Shown: piece by piece, positions 8,549 through 18,955 of the stretch
Numbering within the stretch: position 1 is the stretch's first letter
Layout of the letters: each line of letters starts with the position of its first letter
Assembly (NCBI GenBank): GCA_965223335.1
Contig: OZ244991.1
Span: forward strand, 1,696,001-1,760,000
DNA from: Thermodesulfobacteriota bacterium
Lineage (GTDB): Bacteria; Desulfobacterota_D; UBA1144; Nemesobacterales; UBA2774
Length of the DNA: 64,000 bases
Direction: 5' to 3'
Program-made: the position numbers and the translations under genes
Notes under the pieces: generated by a model
Databases searched by the model: none
Told to the model about the DNA's origin: nothing
The model's input: only the letters and a program-made list of their open reading frames with translations

Positions 8549-11080
8549 ATGGGAGAAGAACTACTTCAAATCCTCGATGCGCTTGAAAAACCAATGGTTT
8601 TTGCGAGCAAGAACAACTACTCCAACATCGATAAAGTCAAGAACCTGGACCACCTAGTATCGGACCTGGTCATTAAAGCTCTGTCACTTATAACCTCCAA
8701 TGACATTGGCCCGCTGCTTAGGTCTCTTCAAACCTCGTTCCAAGGCTATAACGACCTCGATTCGGAACAAAAAGAGGCTCGGTTAAAACAGGCGCTATCT
8801 GTTTTAGACAGCATCAGGGTCGAATTGCACTCAGACAACAAAACAGCCAACACGGATCATGACAATGTTAAGGGTGTAAAAGCCGAACACGAAGCTACAG
8901 ATGAGCGGAATAAAGCTCAGAAGAAGCCCGCCGTGGAGTCGGACGACCCCTCAACCCTATCTATACAGTACATAAAAGGGGTCGGGCCCAAGATCTCTTC
9001 ATTACTGGCCAAGCGCGGGATTGAGACGGTTGAGGACGCCCTCTTTTACTTTCCTAGGGCATATGACGACCGCAGGGATATTAAAAAAATCTCAGAACTC
9101 CGTCCCGATACCAGGGCGACTGTCATGGGCGAGATAAAACTGTCGAGCCGTGTGAAACTCAAAACTCGCTCGATCTATAAAGTCGTGATTTCGGATGGCA
9201 CAGGCATATTGTCGCTTGTATGGTTTAAGTTCAACGACAAGTACATGAGGGCGACTTTCTCTAAGGGGCAAGAGATCATACTAAATGGCGATGTAGCTCT
9301 GGGATATCGTGGCGAGCTCCAGATAATCCACCCCAAGCCCGAGGACATTGAGATATTCGATAAGGGCGATATTAATTTCGACGATCAGCTAAACTGCAAC
9401 CGCATTGTGCCGATCTACCCTCTTACCGAGGGGATTAAGCAGAGGCGCATGCGAACTATAATAAAGACCGTTTTGGATACATATGCCGGTGCACTTGCGG
9501 AGTTCATGCCGGGGGATATCATAGACAAACGCTCTCTTACAAGCTTAAACAATGCTGTTTCATTCGTGCATTTTCCACCCGACGATTCCAGTGTAGTAGA
9601 CCTTTCAGATGCCGGTTCCGTTTATGATTCCCCACCTCACAAAACACTTTGTTTCAACGAGCTTTTTTTAATTGAAGTAGGGCTTGCATTAAAAAAAAGG
9701 GATGTAACCAATATGCCGGGTATAGCCATGACGCCCACAGGGCAGTTGACCGAGAGGCTCTTGGAAACCCTTCCGTTTGAACTCACCCCGGCCCAATCCA
9801 GAGTTATTGCGGAGATCAAGGAAGATATCGAGTTCGATCGACCTATGAACCGTCTGCTTCAAGGCGATGTGGGCAGCGGCAAGACCATAGTCGCATTGAT
9901 CTCAATGCTAAGCGCGGTCGAGAGCGGGCACCAGGCGGTGCTTATGGCTCCTACCGAGATACTGGCCGACCAGCATAACAACTCGATCGGCCTTTATCTG
10001 CAGGCTCTTGGTATCGAGACACTTTTGCTAAAGAGTGCGCTCAGTAAAAAGGAAAAAGAGCAGTGCTACGAAAAGATTGCCTCGGGTGAAGCACAGGTGG
10101 TGATAGGTACACACGCGCTCATTGAGCAGAGTGTGAATTTTAAATCGCTTGGGTTGGTAGTGGTTGACGAACAGCATCGGTTCGGGGTTATGCAGAGGGC
10201 GATGCTTGTGACCAAGGGGAAAAACCCGCACCTGCTCATAATGACCGCCACCCCGATACCACGTACGTTAGCCCTTACCGTGTACGGCGATCTCGATGTT
10301 TCTGTACTAGACGGCATGCCCCCCGGCCGCAAGGCTATAAAAACAAAGGTCTATTTTGACGAGAAACGTGCGCGCGAGAGGGCCTACAAGGTGGTACGAG
10401 AAGAGGTCGAGAAGGGAAGGCAGGTATATGTTGTCTACCCTATGATAGAGGAGTCCGAGAACCCGGACTTTCAGGACTTGAAATATGCCACAGCGATGGC
10501 CACAGAGCTTCAAAACAACGTGTTTCCGGAATTCAAAGTGGGGCTTGTTCACGGACGTATGAAAACAGACGAAAAAGACGTGGTTATGAAGAGGTTTGTA
10601 GGCGGTGAGATAGATATATTGGTTGCCACCACAGTAATAGAGGTGGGAGTGGATGTTCCCAATGCGACAGTCATGGTTGTGGAGCACGCCGAGAGGTTTG
10701 GGCTTACCCAGCTCCATCAGCTGAGGGGCAGGGTAGGTCGGAGCGAGCACAATTCTCGTTGCCTGCTTATATCCTCTTATAAGCGTAGCGAAGACGCCTC
10801 CAAACGCCTTATGGTAATGGAGGGCACACAAGACGGGTTTAAGATAGCCGAGGCCGACCTCATGATCCGGGGCCCGGGAGATTTTATGGGCACAAAACAA
10901 TCCGGGGTACCTGAGTTCAGATTTGCCAACCTCCTTAGAGACACAAGGATTCTTGGGGAAGCCCGAGACGATGCATTCCAACTCATATTGAACGACCCTA
11001 CTCTAAAAAGCTATCCGGCTCTCCTGGCCGAGGTAAAGAGGAAGTGGGGCGATCTGCTCCCGCTAAGCGTGATATCCTGA
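8549..11080 (+). CDS. recG: ATP-dependent DNA helicase RecG
   Basis: RLLQGDVGSGKT, DEQHRFG, MTATPIPRTL, QLHQLRGRVGR, wedge domain; ~135-aa N-terminal extension. Confidence 0.97.
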   Translation: MGEELLQILDALEKPMVFASKNNYSNIDKVKNLDHLVSDLVIKALSLITSNDIGPLLRSLQTSFQGYNDLDSEQKEARLKQALSVLDSIRVELHSDNKTANTDHDNVKGVKAEHEATDERNKAQKKPAVESDDPSTLSIQYIKGVGPKISSLLAKRGIETVEDALFYFPRAYDDRRDIKKISELRPDTRATVMGEIKLSSRVKLKTRSIYKVVISDGTGILSLVWFKFNDKYMRATFSKGQEIILNGDVALGYRGELQIIHPKPEDIEIFDKGDINFDDQLNCNRIVPIYPLTEGIKQRRMRTIIKTVLDTYAGALAEFMPGDIIDKRSLTSLNNAVSFVHFPPDDSSVVDLSDAGSVYDSPPHKTLCFNELFLIEVGLALKKRDVTNMPGIAMTPTGQLTERLLETLPFELTPAQSRVIAEIKEDIEFDRPMNRLLQGDVGSGKTIVALISMLSAVESGHQAVLMAPTEILADQHNNSIGLYLQALGIETLLLKSALSKKEKEQCYEKIASGEAQVVIGTHALIEQSVNFKSLGLVVVDEQHRFGVMQRAMLVTKGKNPHLLIMTATPIPRTLALTVYGDLDVSVLDGMPPGRKAIKTKVYFDEKRARERAYKVVREEVEKGRQVYVVYPMIEESENPDFQDLKYATAMATELQNNVFPEFKVGLVHGRMKTDEKDVVMKRFVGGEIDILVATTVIEVGVDVPNATVMVVEHAERFGLTQLHQLRGRVGRSEHNSRCLLISSYKRSEDASKRLMVMEGTQDGFKIAEADLMIRGPGDFMGTKQSGVPEFRFANLLRDTRILGEARDDAFQLILNDPTLKSYPALLAEVKRKWGDLLPLSVIS

Positions 11081-11173
11081 GTTGATATAGTTTGGTGTAT
11101 CAAGGTCGAAGCTCTTACATTTTATATATTAATTGTATTGAGGTCATAATATTTACACCCCGGGGAAGTTGGT

Positions 11174-11887
11174 ATGAAACTGAGTGTGATAATACCTACA
11201 TTGAATGAGGCTAAGTATATTGGGGGTACAATTGACTCCATAAAAAACCGGACTAGTAACGGTGTTTATGAAATAATCGTTGTGGACTCGGGTTCAGTGG
11301 ACGCTACGGTCGAGATCGCCGAGGAGAAAGGCGCTATGATAATTGAGAACATCGGTGACGCCCCGGGAGTCTCTTCTTCCCTCAACAAGGGTGCAGCAAG
11401 AGCCCGGGGTGATGTGCTGCTGTTCCTCGATGCCGATTCTTTTGTGCCGCCGGGTTTTGACAGCTATATACGACAAGCACTCGGGGATCCCAACGTCGTG
11501 GGGGGTGCGTTCGAATTTTCATTGGATGGCGACGAGTTCGGTCTTAGAGTGGTGGAGCTAATAAACCGTATCAGGTATAGGATTAGAAAACGGTTTTACG
11601 GCGACCAGGGCATATTTGTCAGGGCCAGCGTGTTCAATAAAGTAGGGGGCTATCCCTCAAGGCGCATACTCGAGGCTGCATATATGTGTGCGAAACTGCA
11701 ACAATCAGGTGAGCTAAAACTTGTTAAGCAAAACATGCTTACATCCCCCAGGCGTTTTATCCAGGGCGGGGTATACACCGTACTCTTAACCGATATAAAG
11801 ATATGGTTTTTGGACCTGCTCGGATTTGATGTAGAAAGGTATGCTTCCGATTACTGGTCCGAGAATGTTGCCAGGGGGAAATCGTAG
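11174..11887 (+). CDS. Glycosyltransferase family 2 (TIGR04283-like)
   Basis: SVIIPTLNE, VDSGS.D.T, FLDAD, YGDQGIFV, TSPRRF motifs. Confidence 0.85.
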   Translation: MKLSVIIPTLNEAKYIGGTIDSIKNRTSNGVYEIIVVDSGSVDATVEIAEEKGAMIIENIGDAPGVSSSLNKGAARARGDVLLFLDADSFVPPGFDSYIRQALGDPNVVGGAFEFSLDGDEFGLRVVELINRIRYRIRKRFYGDQGIFVRASVFNKVGGYPSRRILEAAYMCAKLQQSGELKLVKQNMLTSPRRFIQGGVYTVLLTDIKIWFLDLLGFDVERYASDYWSENVARGKS

Positions 11888-11895
11888 ATACTCAA

Positions 11896-13167
11896 TCAGC
11901 CTTCAATGAGCAATGTCTCGGGTTCTTCGATCAGCTCTTTTATCTTTACCAAGAACTGCACGGCTTCACGGCCGTCCACGATCCTGTGGTCATAGCTAAG
12001 CGCCACATACATCATAGGGCGCACCGTGATCTGGTCATCCACCACCACAGGGCGCTTTTCTATTTTGTGAAGTCCCAGTATCCCCACCTGAGGAGGATTT
12101 AATATCGGGGTGCTCATAAGCGAGCCAAACACCCCGCCGTTTGTAATAGTGAACGTCCCACCCATCAGGTCTTCTAATGTAAGGTCATTGTTCTCGGCTT
12201 TCTCCGCAAACTCGCGCACACCCTTTTCTATCTCTGCAAACGTCATGGTGTCGGCGTCCCTAAGCACTGGGACCACAAGCCCCTGCGAGGCCCCTATTGC
12301 AACCCCTATATCGTAGTAATTCTTCAGTATTACATCGTCCCCGTCTATCTCGGCGTTTATGTAGGGGAAAGCCCTAAGCGCACCTACCGATGCTTTTACA
12401 AAGAACGACGATAACCCTAGACTGACCCCGGTCTTCTCTTTAAACGCTTCTTTACGCCTTTTACGCAGGTCCATCACCGCACTCATATCGATCTCGTTAA
12501 AGGTCGAGAGCATGGCCGTGGTTTGCGAGGCTTCAAGCATCCTCCGTGCAATTGTCCGTCGTCTTCTCGACAGTTTTATGCGCTCTTCCCTGGCGGCCCC
12601 CGGTCTCGTGAGCAAAGGCAGAGGCGAATCCTGCGGTGCAGAGAGGTGTGTATCTTTACGCAGCGGTTCCACGTTGTTTGGAACCGGAGGTTCGGGCACA
12701 GATCTGCTTTCGATAAATTTATTTACGTCTTCTTTCGTGATCCTGTTACTGGTCCCTGTAGGTTCTATCTGGCTTATATCTACTTTGTTTTCTTCTGCTA
12801 TACGTTTTGCTACGGGAGTTATTTTTTGGTCCTCTACAGATGAAACAGTGGGTGTGGGCTCGGGTATATCTTGGGTCTTGGGAGCCTCCTCTGTTTTCTT
12901 AGGTTCCGGGGCTTTTATGTCACCCACGTCTCCTACCTCGATCACCCCCAGCACATCCCCTACCTCAACATCTTCGTTCTCCTGTCTTTTGATGGAGGTT
13001 AAAATTCCTTCTTTCTCGGCTGCTACCTCAAAGTTGGCCTTCTCGGTCTCAAGCTCTACCAGTGCGTCTCCGATACGCACTGGGTCGCCTACGTTCTTAA
13101 GCCACTTCACAACCGTGGCTTCCACTACCGATTCTCCCAGCTCGGGCACAGTAAACTCAACACTCAT
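11896..13167 (-). CDS. sucB: 2-oxoglutarate dehydrogenase E2, dihydrolipoyllysine-residue succinyltransferase
   Basis: Lipoyl domain (ELETEKA), E3-binding domain, catalytic SYDHRIVDG; ATG 13167 follows GAGGTGAGG SD. Confidence 0.95.
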   Translation of the reverse strand: MSVEFTVPELGESVVEATVVKWLKNVGDPVRIGDALVELETEKANFEVAAEKEGILTSIKRQENEDVEVGDVLGVIEVGDVGDIKAPEPKKTEEAPKTQDIPEPTPTVSSVEDQKITPVAKRIAEENKVDISQIEPTGTSNRITKEDVNKFIESRSVPEPPVPNNVEPLRKDTHLSAPQDSPLPLLTRPGAAREERIKLSRRRRTIARRMLEASQTTAMLSTFNEIDMSAVMDLRKRRKEAFKEKTGVSLGLSSFFVKASVGALRAFPYINAEIDGDDVILKNYYDIGVAIGASQGLVVPVLRDADTMTFAEIEKGVREFAEKAENNDLTLEDLMGGTFTITNGGVFGSLMSTPILNPPQVGILGLHKIEKRPVVVDDQITVRPMMYVALSYDHRIVDGREAVQFLVKIKELIEEPETLLIEG

Positions 13168-13186
13168 TATAAACCTCACCTCTGTC

Positions 13187-16003
13187 TTAGACGTTCTTTA
13201 CCCAGATTATACCTGTATCCTCTATATTAGGCATTTCAGTATTAACAGTGTAAGCCTGACGTATAAGGGTTTCCTGATTGATCTTGTGCATTGATGATAA
13301 ACCCTCGGCGGGGCTTGAATTGCGTCGTCTGCCTATGTAGTGAAGCGGGAAACGCCTGGCTATAATTCGGCGAAGCCTTGGGATCATAAACTCCCAGGCA
13401 CCCATGTTTTCCGGCTCTTCCTGCAGCCAAACGAGCTCTTTTGCACCGGTGTAGTTCTCTAATATCTCTTCTATGAGCTCGGCCCTAAGCGGATACAACT
13501 GCTCAATGCGCACAATTGCAACGTCCTTACGCTTCTCTCTCAGTTCATTGTTGATCATATCTATGTATATTTTTCCGCTGCATAGAATTATGCGTTTTAC
13601 CGACTTGGGCGATTTTGACGCAACCGGGTCATCAATAACCGGAAGCCACATACCCTCCGATAGATCCCCTAGCGACGAGAATACAAGCGGGTTTCGCAGC
13701 AGTCCTTTGGGGGTGAGCACGATAAGCGGTAGCGGGTCCTTTTCCAGGACCACAGCCTGGCGTCTAAGTAAATGAAAGTACTGTGACGCGGTGGTGCAGT
13801 TAGCTATCCTCATGTTAATCTCGGCCGCCGATTCCAAAAACCTCTCAACCCTACCGCTCGAGTGATCCGGGCCCTGCCCCTCATAAGCATGTGGCAATAG
13901 CAGGATCAGCGAAGGGGTCTGCCCCCACTTTGCTCTGGCCGAGACCAGATACTCGTCAATTATGGTCTGTGCACCGTTTATGAAATCGCCGTACTGGGCT
14001 TCCCATATCACAAGCCTCTTTGGCTCCTGTATGTTGTATCCGTACTCAAACCCTATGCATGAGTTCTCTGAGAGCGGGCTGTTGTAGATCTCGAAGGCTG
14101 CTTTAGCCTGGGGTATTGCTTGCAGTGGTGTGTAGGGTTCCCCCGTTTTAGAGTCGTATATAACGGAATGGCGGTGGCTGAAAGTGCCACGGTTTGTGTC
14201 CTGCCCGGTTATTCGAATCGATGTGCCGTCAGCTAATATTGAGGCAAATGCCAGGTCTTCTGCCATCGCCCAGTCAATAGTGTTCTCGTTTTTGTTCTCA
14301 AGTGCATTTCTTCGTTTTTCCCACCCACGCTTTAGCTTGCTGTTTATGGCAAAACCCTGGGGCACTTCCAATAGTGCGCTGTTTAGTTGCTTTAACACAG
14401 CGGCTTTTACCTTGGTTTTAGCCTTAAGTGCGTAGGCAGAGCGCGGGGGTTTCTGTTTGGATTCGCTCGGTTTGTCCGAGGGGCCGATTGACTCGAAATC
14501 ACGGTGTAGTGTCTCGTTAAATTCTTCTATGAGTTTCTGGGGCTCAGAGGGGTCAATTATTTTTCTTTCAATCAGCGTATTTGCCCATAACTCTCTTACA
14601 GTAGGGTGAGTGTCGATCGTTTTATACAAGACGGGTTGTGTAAAGCTCGGTTCATCAGCCTCGTTATGGCCGTGGCGTCTGTACCCTACCAGGTCTATCA
14701 GAAAATCTTTGTGAAACTTCTGAATGTATTTAAAAGCAAGCCTCGCTGCTTCAATGCAAGCCTCGGGATCGTCGGCGTTTACGTGTACTATGGGGATCTC
14801 AAACCCCTTAGCCAGGTCACTTGCATATAGTGTGCTCCTCGAGTCCTCGGGATGGGTGGTGTACCCAAGCTGGTTATTAGTAATTATGTTAAGGGTCCCA
14901 CCCGTTTGATAACCGCGTAGCCTAGAGAGGTTTAACGTCTCTGCCACTATGCCCTGTCCCGGAAACGCTGCATCACCATGAACTATAATGGGAAGCGATA
15001 CCGCAGGGTCGAATATCGGTTCGCCCGGCTGGTCAACATTTGTGCCGGCCGCACGTGTCATCCCCTCGACAATTGGGTTTACGGATTCGAGATGGCTTGG
15101 GTTCGGTGCCAGCGTGATCATCATTTCGATAGGTTTTCCGTTATGCACCGCGAGCCTTGCCCCTTCATGGTATTTAACATCACCAGTCCAACCCATATAA
15201 TCTCCAAACACCCTTTTTAAAATGGGGTCTTTGAACTTAACCAGTATGTCTCTGTAGGGTTTGTTCATCACATGGTGTAGGACGTTTAATCTGCCCCTGT
15301 GCGCCATACCGAGCACGATGTTGTGTATGGCTGACTCGGCTGCCATACCAACGATCTCTTTTAACATGGGCACAAGCATGTCCACACCCTCTATCGAGAA
15401 GCGAAATTTGCCTGGGAAGATCCTGTGGAGGAACCTCTCGAGAGACTCTACCTGTGTTAGGTTTTGTAGCATCAATTTTTCATTAATAGGCTCATTCGGG
15501 GGTCGAAACCACCCGAGTTCGGCTGCGGATCTAAGCCATTGTCTTTCTTCGGGCTCGTAAATATGATCATAGTCGTACCCTGTGGTAGAGCAATACACAG
15601 ATCTAAGTTTCTCGATGGTCTCAAGCGCGTTTGTAGAAGCACTGCCTTTCACAATGGGTCCCCCGATCAAACCCGATGGCAGGCTGTTTAAGTCTTCATT
15701 GGTTATAAAGTGGTTTTCCGGATGTAGCGACGGGTCCCCGGGGGGCTCTGAGCCCAGCGGGTCTATGTTGGCGTTTAAGTGACCGAAAGCCCTTATAGAT
15801 TGGGCTAAGTTCACAGCACCGACAATACTGTTTATTTGGGTTGTGCTTATCTGGAGTTCAAAATTGCCGCCTGGGTTTAGCTTCCAGCGCTCGAATAATT
15901 TTCTAGCTTTCGGGTCTACTGAGTCGGGGTCTTTTTGGAAGGATTCATAAAGTTCTATTATATATGCTGAGTTAGGGCCGTGAAACACCTCGTTAATATT
16001 CAT
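13187..16003 (-). CDS. sucA: 2-oxoglutarate dehydrogenase E1
   Basis: GMAHRGRLN, GDVKYH, HGDAAFPGQG, WEAQYGDF, EGQGPDHSS motifs. Confidence 0.96.
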   Translation of the reverse strand: MNINEVFHGPNSAYIIELYESFQKDPDSVDPKARKLFERWKLNPGGNFELQISTTQINSIVGAVNLAQSIRAFGHLNANIDPLGSEPPGDPSLHPENHFITNEDLNSLPSGLIGGPIVKGSASTNALETIEKLRSVYCSTTGYDYDHIYEPEERQWLRSAAELGWFRPPNEPINEKLMLQNLTQVESLERFLHRIFPGKFRFSIEGVDMLVPMLKEIVGMAAESAIHNIVLGMAHRGRLNVLHHVMNKPYRDILVKFKDPILKRVFGDYMGWTGDVKYHEGARLAVHNGKPIEMMITLAPNPSHLESVNPIVEGMTRAAGTNVDQPGEPIFDPAVSLPIIVHGDAAFPGQGIVAETLNLSRLRGYQTGGTLNIITNNQLGYTTHPEDSRSTLYASDLAKGFEIPIVHVNADDPEACIEAARLAFKYIQKFHKDFLIDLVGYRRHGHNEADEPSFTQPVLYKTIDTHPTVRELWANTLIERKIIDPSEPQKLIEEFNETLHRDFESIGPSDKPSESKQKPPRSAYALKAKTKVKAAVLKQLNSALLEVPQGFAINSKLKRGWEKRRNALENKNENTIDWAMAEDLAFASILADGTSIRITGQDTNRGTFSHRHSVIYDSKTGEPYTPLQAIPQAKAAFEIYNSPLSENSCIGFEYGYNIQEPKRLVIWEAQYGDFINGAQTIIDEYLVSARAKWGQTPSLILLLPHAYEGQGPDHSSGRVERFLESAAEINMRIANCTTASQYFHLLRRQAVVLEKDPLPLIVLTPKGLLRNPLVFSSLGDLSEGMWLPVIDDPVASKSPKSVKRIILCSGKIYIDMINNELREKRKDVAIVRIEQLYPLRAELIEEILENYTGAKELVWLQEEPENMGAWEFMIPRLRRIIARRFPLHYIGRRRNSSPAEGLSSMHKINQETLIRQAYTVNTEMPNIEDTGIIWVKNV

Positions 16004-16265
16004 TTTCTATCCCGCTAGCCTTGTTTTAAGTTTTCAGTCTCTATGGGTGACATTTAACTATTATATTATCACATCTTTGAGTGCATTCAATTAGGCGGAC
16101 CTATCCTGCAGGCATGGAAAAATCGCTGCCCGCTACCAGACGGCTTGTGTAAAAAGTAGAAAATAATTTAATTATCTAGGCTGGTTGTACTCTTCCTGGT
16201 TGTCCTAATCGATAAGGCTTAACTATGGGGTAAGTCACATGGGCATAGTTCCACCTATGTGTGCT

Positions 16266-17132
16266 TTACCCCATAAATTTATGCATGGTTTTTTTGTACT
16301 CTTCTATGGTTTCCTTTTGTACAACAGCCTGGAGCGCGGGGACTGTTTTTTCGGGGTTAAGCACCAGTGATTCCAATGACGGGTGCTCTGAATGATACAG
16401 TAGCCCAATCGGTATACGGCCATCATCTAGGATCCGGTGTAGATTAGTGTAAACCTCTGTTCGATTGCTCCTGTCGTAGTTCTCATCGTTCTCTACGTTG
16501 TACACCTTGGCACGCCACTCTCTGTGTGTGTCGTGGTATGTAACGCAGGGCGACAGCACCTCGAGGAATGCAAATCCTCTGCCGGCCTTTGTGTGTTCGA
16601 GTGCAGAGATCATCAACCTCTCCAGCTGCTCCGGATTCCCGCTGAACCCACGTGCCAAAAAAGTGGCGGATTTAAAGCTGAGGCCTAGAATTATGGCGTC
16701 TAAATCTTCCTCGGCATTGCCTTTATAGCCTGTTGGACTAGTGGGGGATGGTTGCCCCTTGGTTAGTCCATAAGTGCTGTTGTTCATAACAATATATGTG
16801 ATGCTGGGGTTACTTTTAAAGGCGTGTACCAAGTGCCCGGCCCCTATTGCAAAACCGTCGCCGTCACCGCCTGCGGCAACTACAGTAAGTTCGGGGTTGG
16901 CGAGCTTAGATCCTATGGCAGTCGGCAGCACCCTGCCGTGAAGTGCGTGGTAGCCGTAGCATTTGAGGTTGTTTTGTATGGTACCGGAACAGCCTATGCC
17001 GGCGTGGAGCATTAAATCATGTGGTTCTATACCCAGTTTGGAAAGAGACTTCTCGAGCACTCCCTGCACAGCAAAGTCACCGCATCCTGCGCACCATATG
17101 GGTCTTGCGGGTGTGAAAGTTTCTGTGCTCAT
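16266..17132 (-). CDS. korB: 2-oxoacid:ferredoxin oxidoreductase beta subunit (KorB-like)
   Basis: WCAGCGD, GIGCS, HGR, TPP motif GGDGD..NN..YGLTKGQ.SPT, SPCVT. Confidence 0.9.
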   Translation of the reverse strand: MSTETFTPARPIWCAGCGDFAVQGVLEKSLSKLGIEPHDLMLHAGIGCSGTIQNNLKCYGYHALHGRVLPTAIGSKLANPELTVVAAGGDGDGFAIGAGHLVHAFKSNPSITYIVMNNSTYGLTKGQPSPTSPTGYKGNAEEDLDAIILGLSFKSATFLARGFSGNPEQLERLMISALEHTKAGRGFAFLEVLSPCVTYHDTHREWRAKVYNVENDENYDRSNRTEVYTNLHRILDDGRIPIGLLYHSEHPSLESLVLNPEKTVPALQAVVQKETIEEYKKTMHKFMG

Positions 17133-18955
17133 TGTATCTGTGCCTCCTTTTTTTCCGATACGGCAAGTTGGCTTTCCTGTGTCATGATGTCTTTTACGAG
17201 CCCGGCGGGTCTGTATGGAATGCCGTCGTAACGTATTATGCTTATGATTTTATTTTCAGGAGCACCCTGGTGCATGAGCAGGTGTGCAAGTTGCGCGCCG
17301 CCGTTTTGCTCAACGACATACACTCGGTCGCGCTCCCTTATAAACTCCAATATATCATCGAGTACAGGCCACAGTGTTCTGGGCTGTAGGAACTGCATAT
17401 CCATACCCTCTTTGTTCATCATCTCCATTGCTTCGAGTATAACCCCGAATAAAAACCCGGTACCTATGATCCCGACACTGGCATTGGGGTCGCCGTAGCG
17501 TCTGGCTTTGGGTAGGACTTCTTTTGCCTGCTCTATTTTGTCCCTGCGTTTTTCCATCATATTAATTCTGTTCTCGGGATCAGTGGACACAAGCCCCCAC
17601 TCGTTGTGCTCATTACCTGTCACCAGCGACATCCCACCCTTTGTGCCGGGTATTGCGACTGGGGAAATATTGTCTTCCGTAAGCTCATACCTCTTATAGT
17701 ACCCCTGCTTTTCAATCTCTTCTGCGGTGATTCTCTTGCCTGGGGTAACTGCCAGATTGTCCATATCATATGGGTCAACGGTTGCAATATTTTGCGAGAT
17801 TGCCTGGTCCATGGCAATGATCACGGGGCACTGATAGGTGTCGGCCAGGTTTGTAGCTTCCACTGCCAAATAGAAGCAGTCTTCCGGGTGTCCGGGCGAG
17901 AGCACAATACGCGGGAAATCCCCGTGTCCGCCAAACACCATGAGGTTAAAGTCGCTCTGTTCGGGTTTTGTAGGCATCCCGGTGCTAGGACCCGACCTCT
18001 GGCAGTCCACTATAACGAGCGGTATCTCGCCCGATCCTGTCTGTCCGAATCCTTCCTGCATAAGCGAGAGCCCCGGGCCCGATGTGGCAGTCATGGTCCT
18101 GGTACCTGTTAATGCGGCACCTATAGCCATATTTATACCCGAGAGTTCGTCTTCGGTTTGACGTGCAACCCCGCCATATTGCGGCAACCATTTTTGTAAG
18201 TTCTCTAGTATTTCAGACGAAGGAGTGATTGGATAGCCTGTGAAAAACCTGCCCCCGGCTACTAAAAACCCGAGTGCTACGGACTCGTTCCCTGTAATCA
18301 ACAGATGCTTCTCCGGGGTCGAGTGCTCTACACGGTATAGACCTTGTCCTTCTTCAATCCCTCTTTCACTGGCCATATGGAACCCGAGTGTGAGGGCTTC
18401 TAGGTTATATTCGAGTATTACCTGTCCCATTCTCTGGAACCTTTTTTTGAATATGTCTCGGAGTTTTTCGTCTTCCAGCCCTAGGAGCCTGCCTACCACA
18501 CCAAATGCTATACTGTTTTTATATAGCTCACGGCGCATGGTACGCATTGCGATGCGGTTAAATGGTGCCGCATATAGTGTAGCCCCTTTGGGCAGCATAT
18601 CTTCGGGCAGTTTCCCGCTTGAATCGTCAAAAACAATAACACTATCTGAGTCCAGATGACGGAGGTTCTTCTCAATTGCTTCTTCATCGAAAGCAACCAA
18701 CAAAGTGATCTTGCTTCCTATACAGTATCTATCTCCGATAAATGCACGCATTGTGGCTGCGGCATGCCCGCCTCTTATTCGCGATAAAACATCACGTTCT
18801 GTATATACGTTATGGCCGCTGTCTCTAAGTAGCTCTGCCAAGAGTGTGATCACAGTAAGAGAACCGTCACCACCCTGGCCGGCCACTATTACGTTTATAT
18901 CCTCAAGTACCGGTAAGTCGTTACTTGCTCCCATTTTTGCTCTGTTTTCCTCCAT
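17129..18955 (-). CDS. korA: 2-oxoacid:ferredoxin oxidoreductase alpha subunit (gamma-alpha fusion, KorA-like)
   Basis: GQGGDG gamma domain, GYPITPSSE, EDE, TSGPG, QRSGPSTGMPT; overlaps korB start; alternative start 18934. Confidence 0.9.
   Translation of the reverse strand: MEENRAKMGASNDLPVLEDINVIVAGQGGDGSLTVITLLAELLRDSGHNVYTERDVLSRIRGGHAAATMRAFIGDRYCIGSKITLLVAFDEEAIEKNLRHLDSDSVIVFDDSSGKLPEDMLPKGATLYAAPFNRIAMRTMRRELYKNSIAFGVVGRLLGLEDEKLRDIFKKRFQRMGQVILEYNLEALTLGFHMASERGIEEGQGLYRVEHSTPEKHLLITGNESVALGFLVAGGRFFTGYPITPSSEILENLQKWLPQYGGVARQTEDELSGINMAIGAALTGTRTMTATSGPGLSLMQEGFGQTGSGEIPLVIVDCQRSGPSTGMPTKPEQSDFNLMVFGGHGDFPRIVLSPGHPEDCFYLAVEATNLADTYQCPVIIAMDQAISQNIATVDPYDMDNLAVTPGKRITAEEIEKQGYYKRYELTEDNISPVAIPGTKGGMSLVTGNEHNEWGLVSTDPENRINMMEKRRDKIEQAKEVLPKARRYGDPNASVGIIGTGFLFGVILEAMEMMNKEGMDMQFLQPRTLWPVLDDILEFIRERDRVYVVEQNGGAQLAHLLMHQGAPENKIISIIRYDGIPYRPAGLVKDIMTQESQLAVSEKKEAQIQ

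Noticed and set aside
4427..8549. Possible genomic island integrated at tRNA-Pro
   Set aside because: No integrase and no duplicated tRNA 3' end (att site) found in the window.
11174..11887. Arsenosugar or selenosugar biosynthesis cluster
   Set aside because: Only the TIGR04283-like glycosyltransferase is here; the partner glycosyltransferase, radical SAM and methyltransferase genes are absent.
12512..13294. Long antisense ORFs (260 aa here; also 10307-10981, 29761-30546, 53572-54174, 55698-56273)
   Set aside because: They are shadows on the opposite strand of well-supported genes and have no recognisable motifs.
4562..16056. Shared 11-mer GGTGACATTTA in two intergenic regions (4562 and 16046), CRP-like half site
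   Set aside because: Spacing does not fit TGTGA-N6-TCACA, and a match this short is plausible by chance in AT-rich intergenic DNA.
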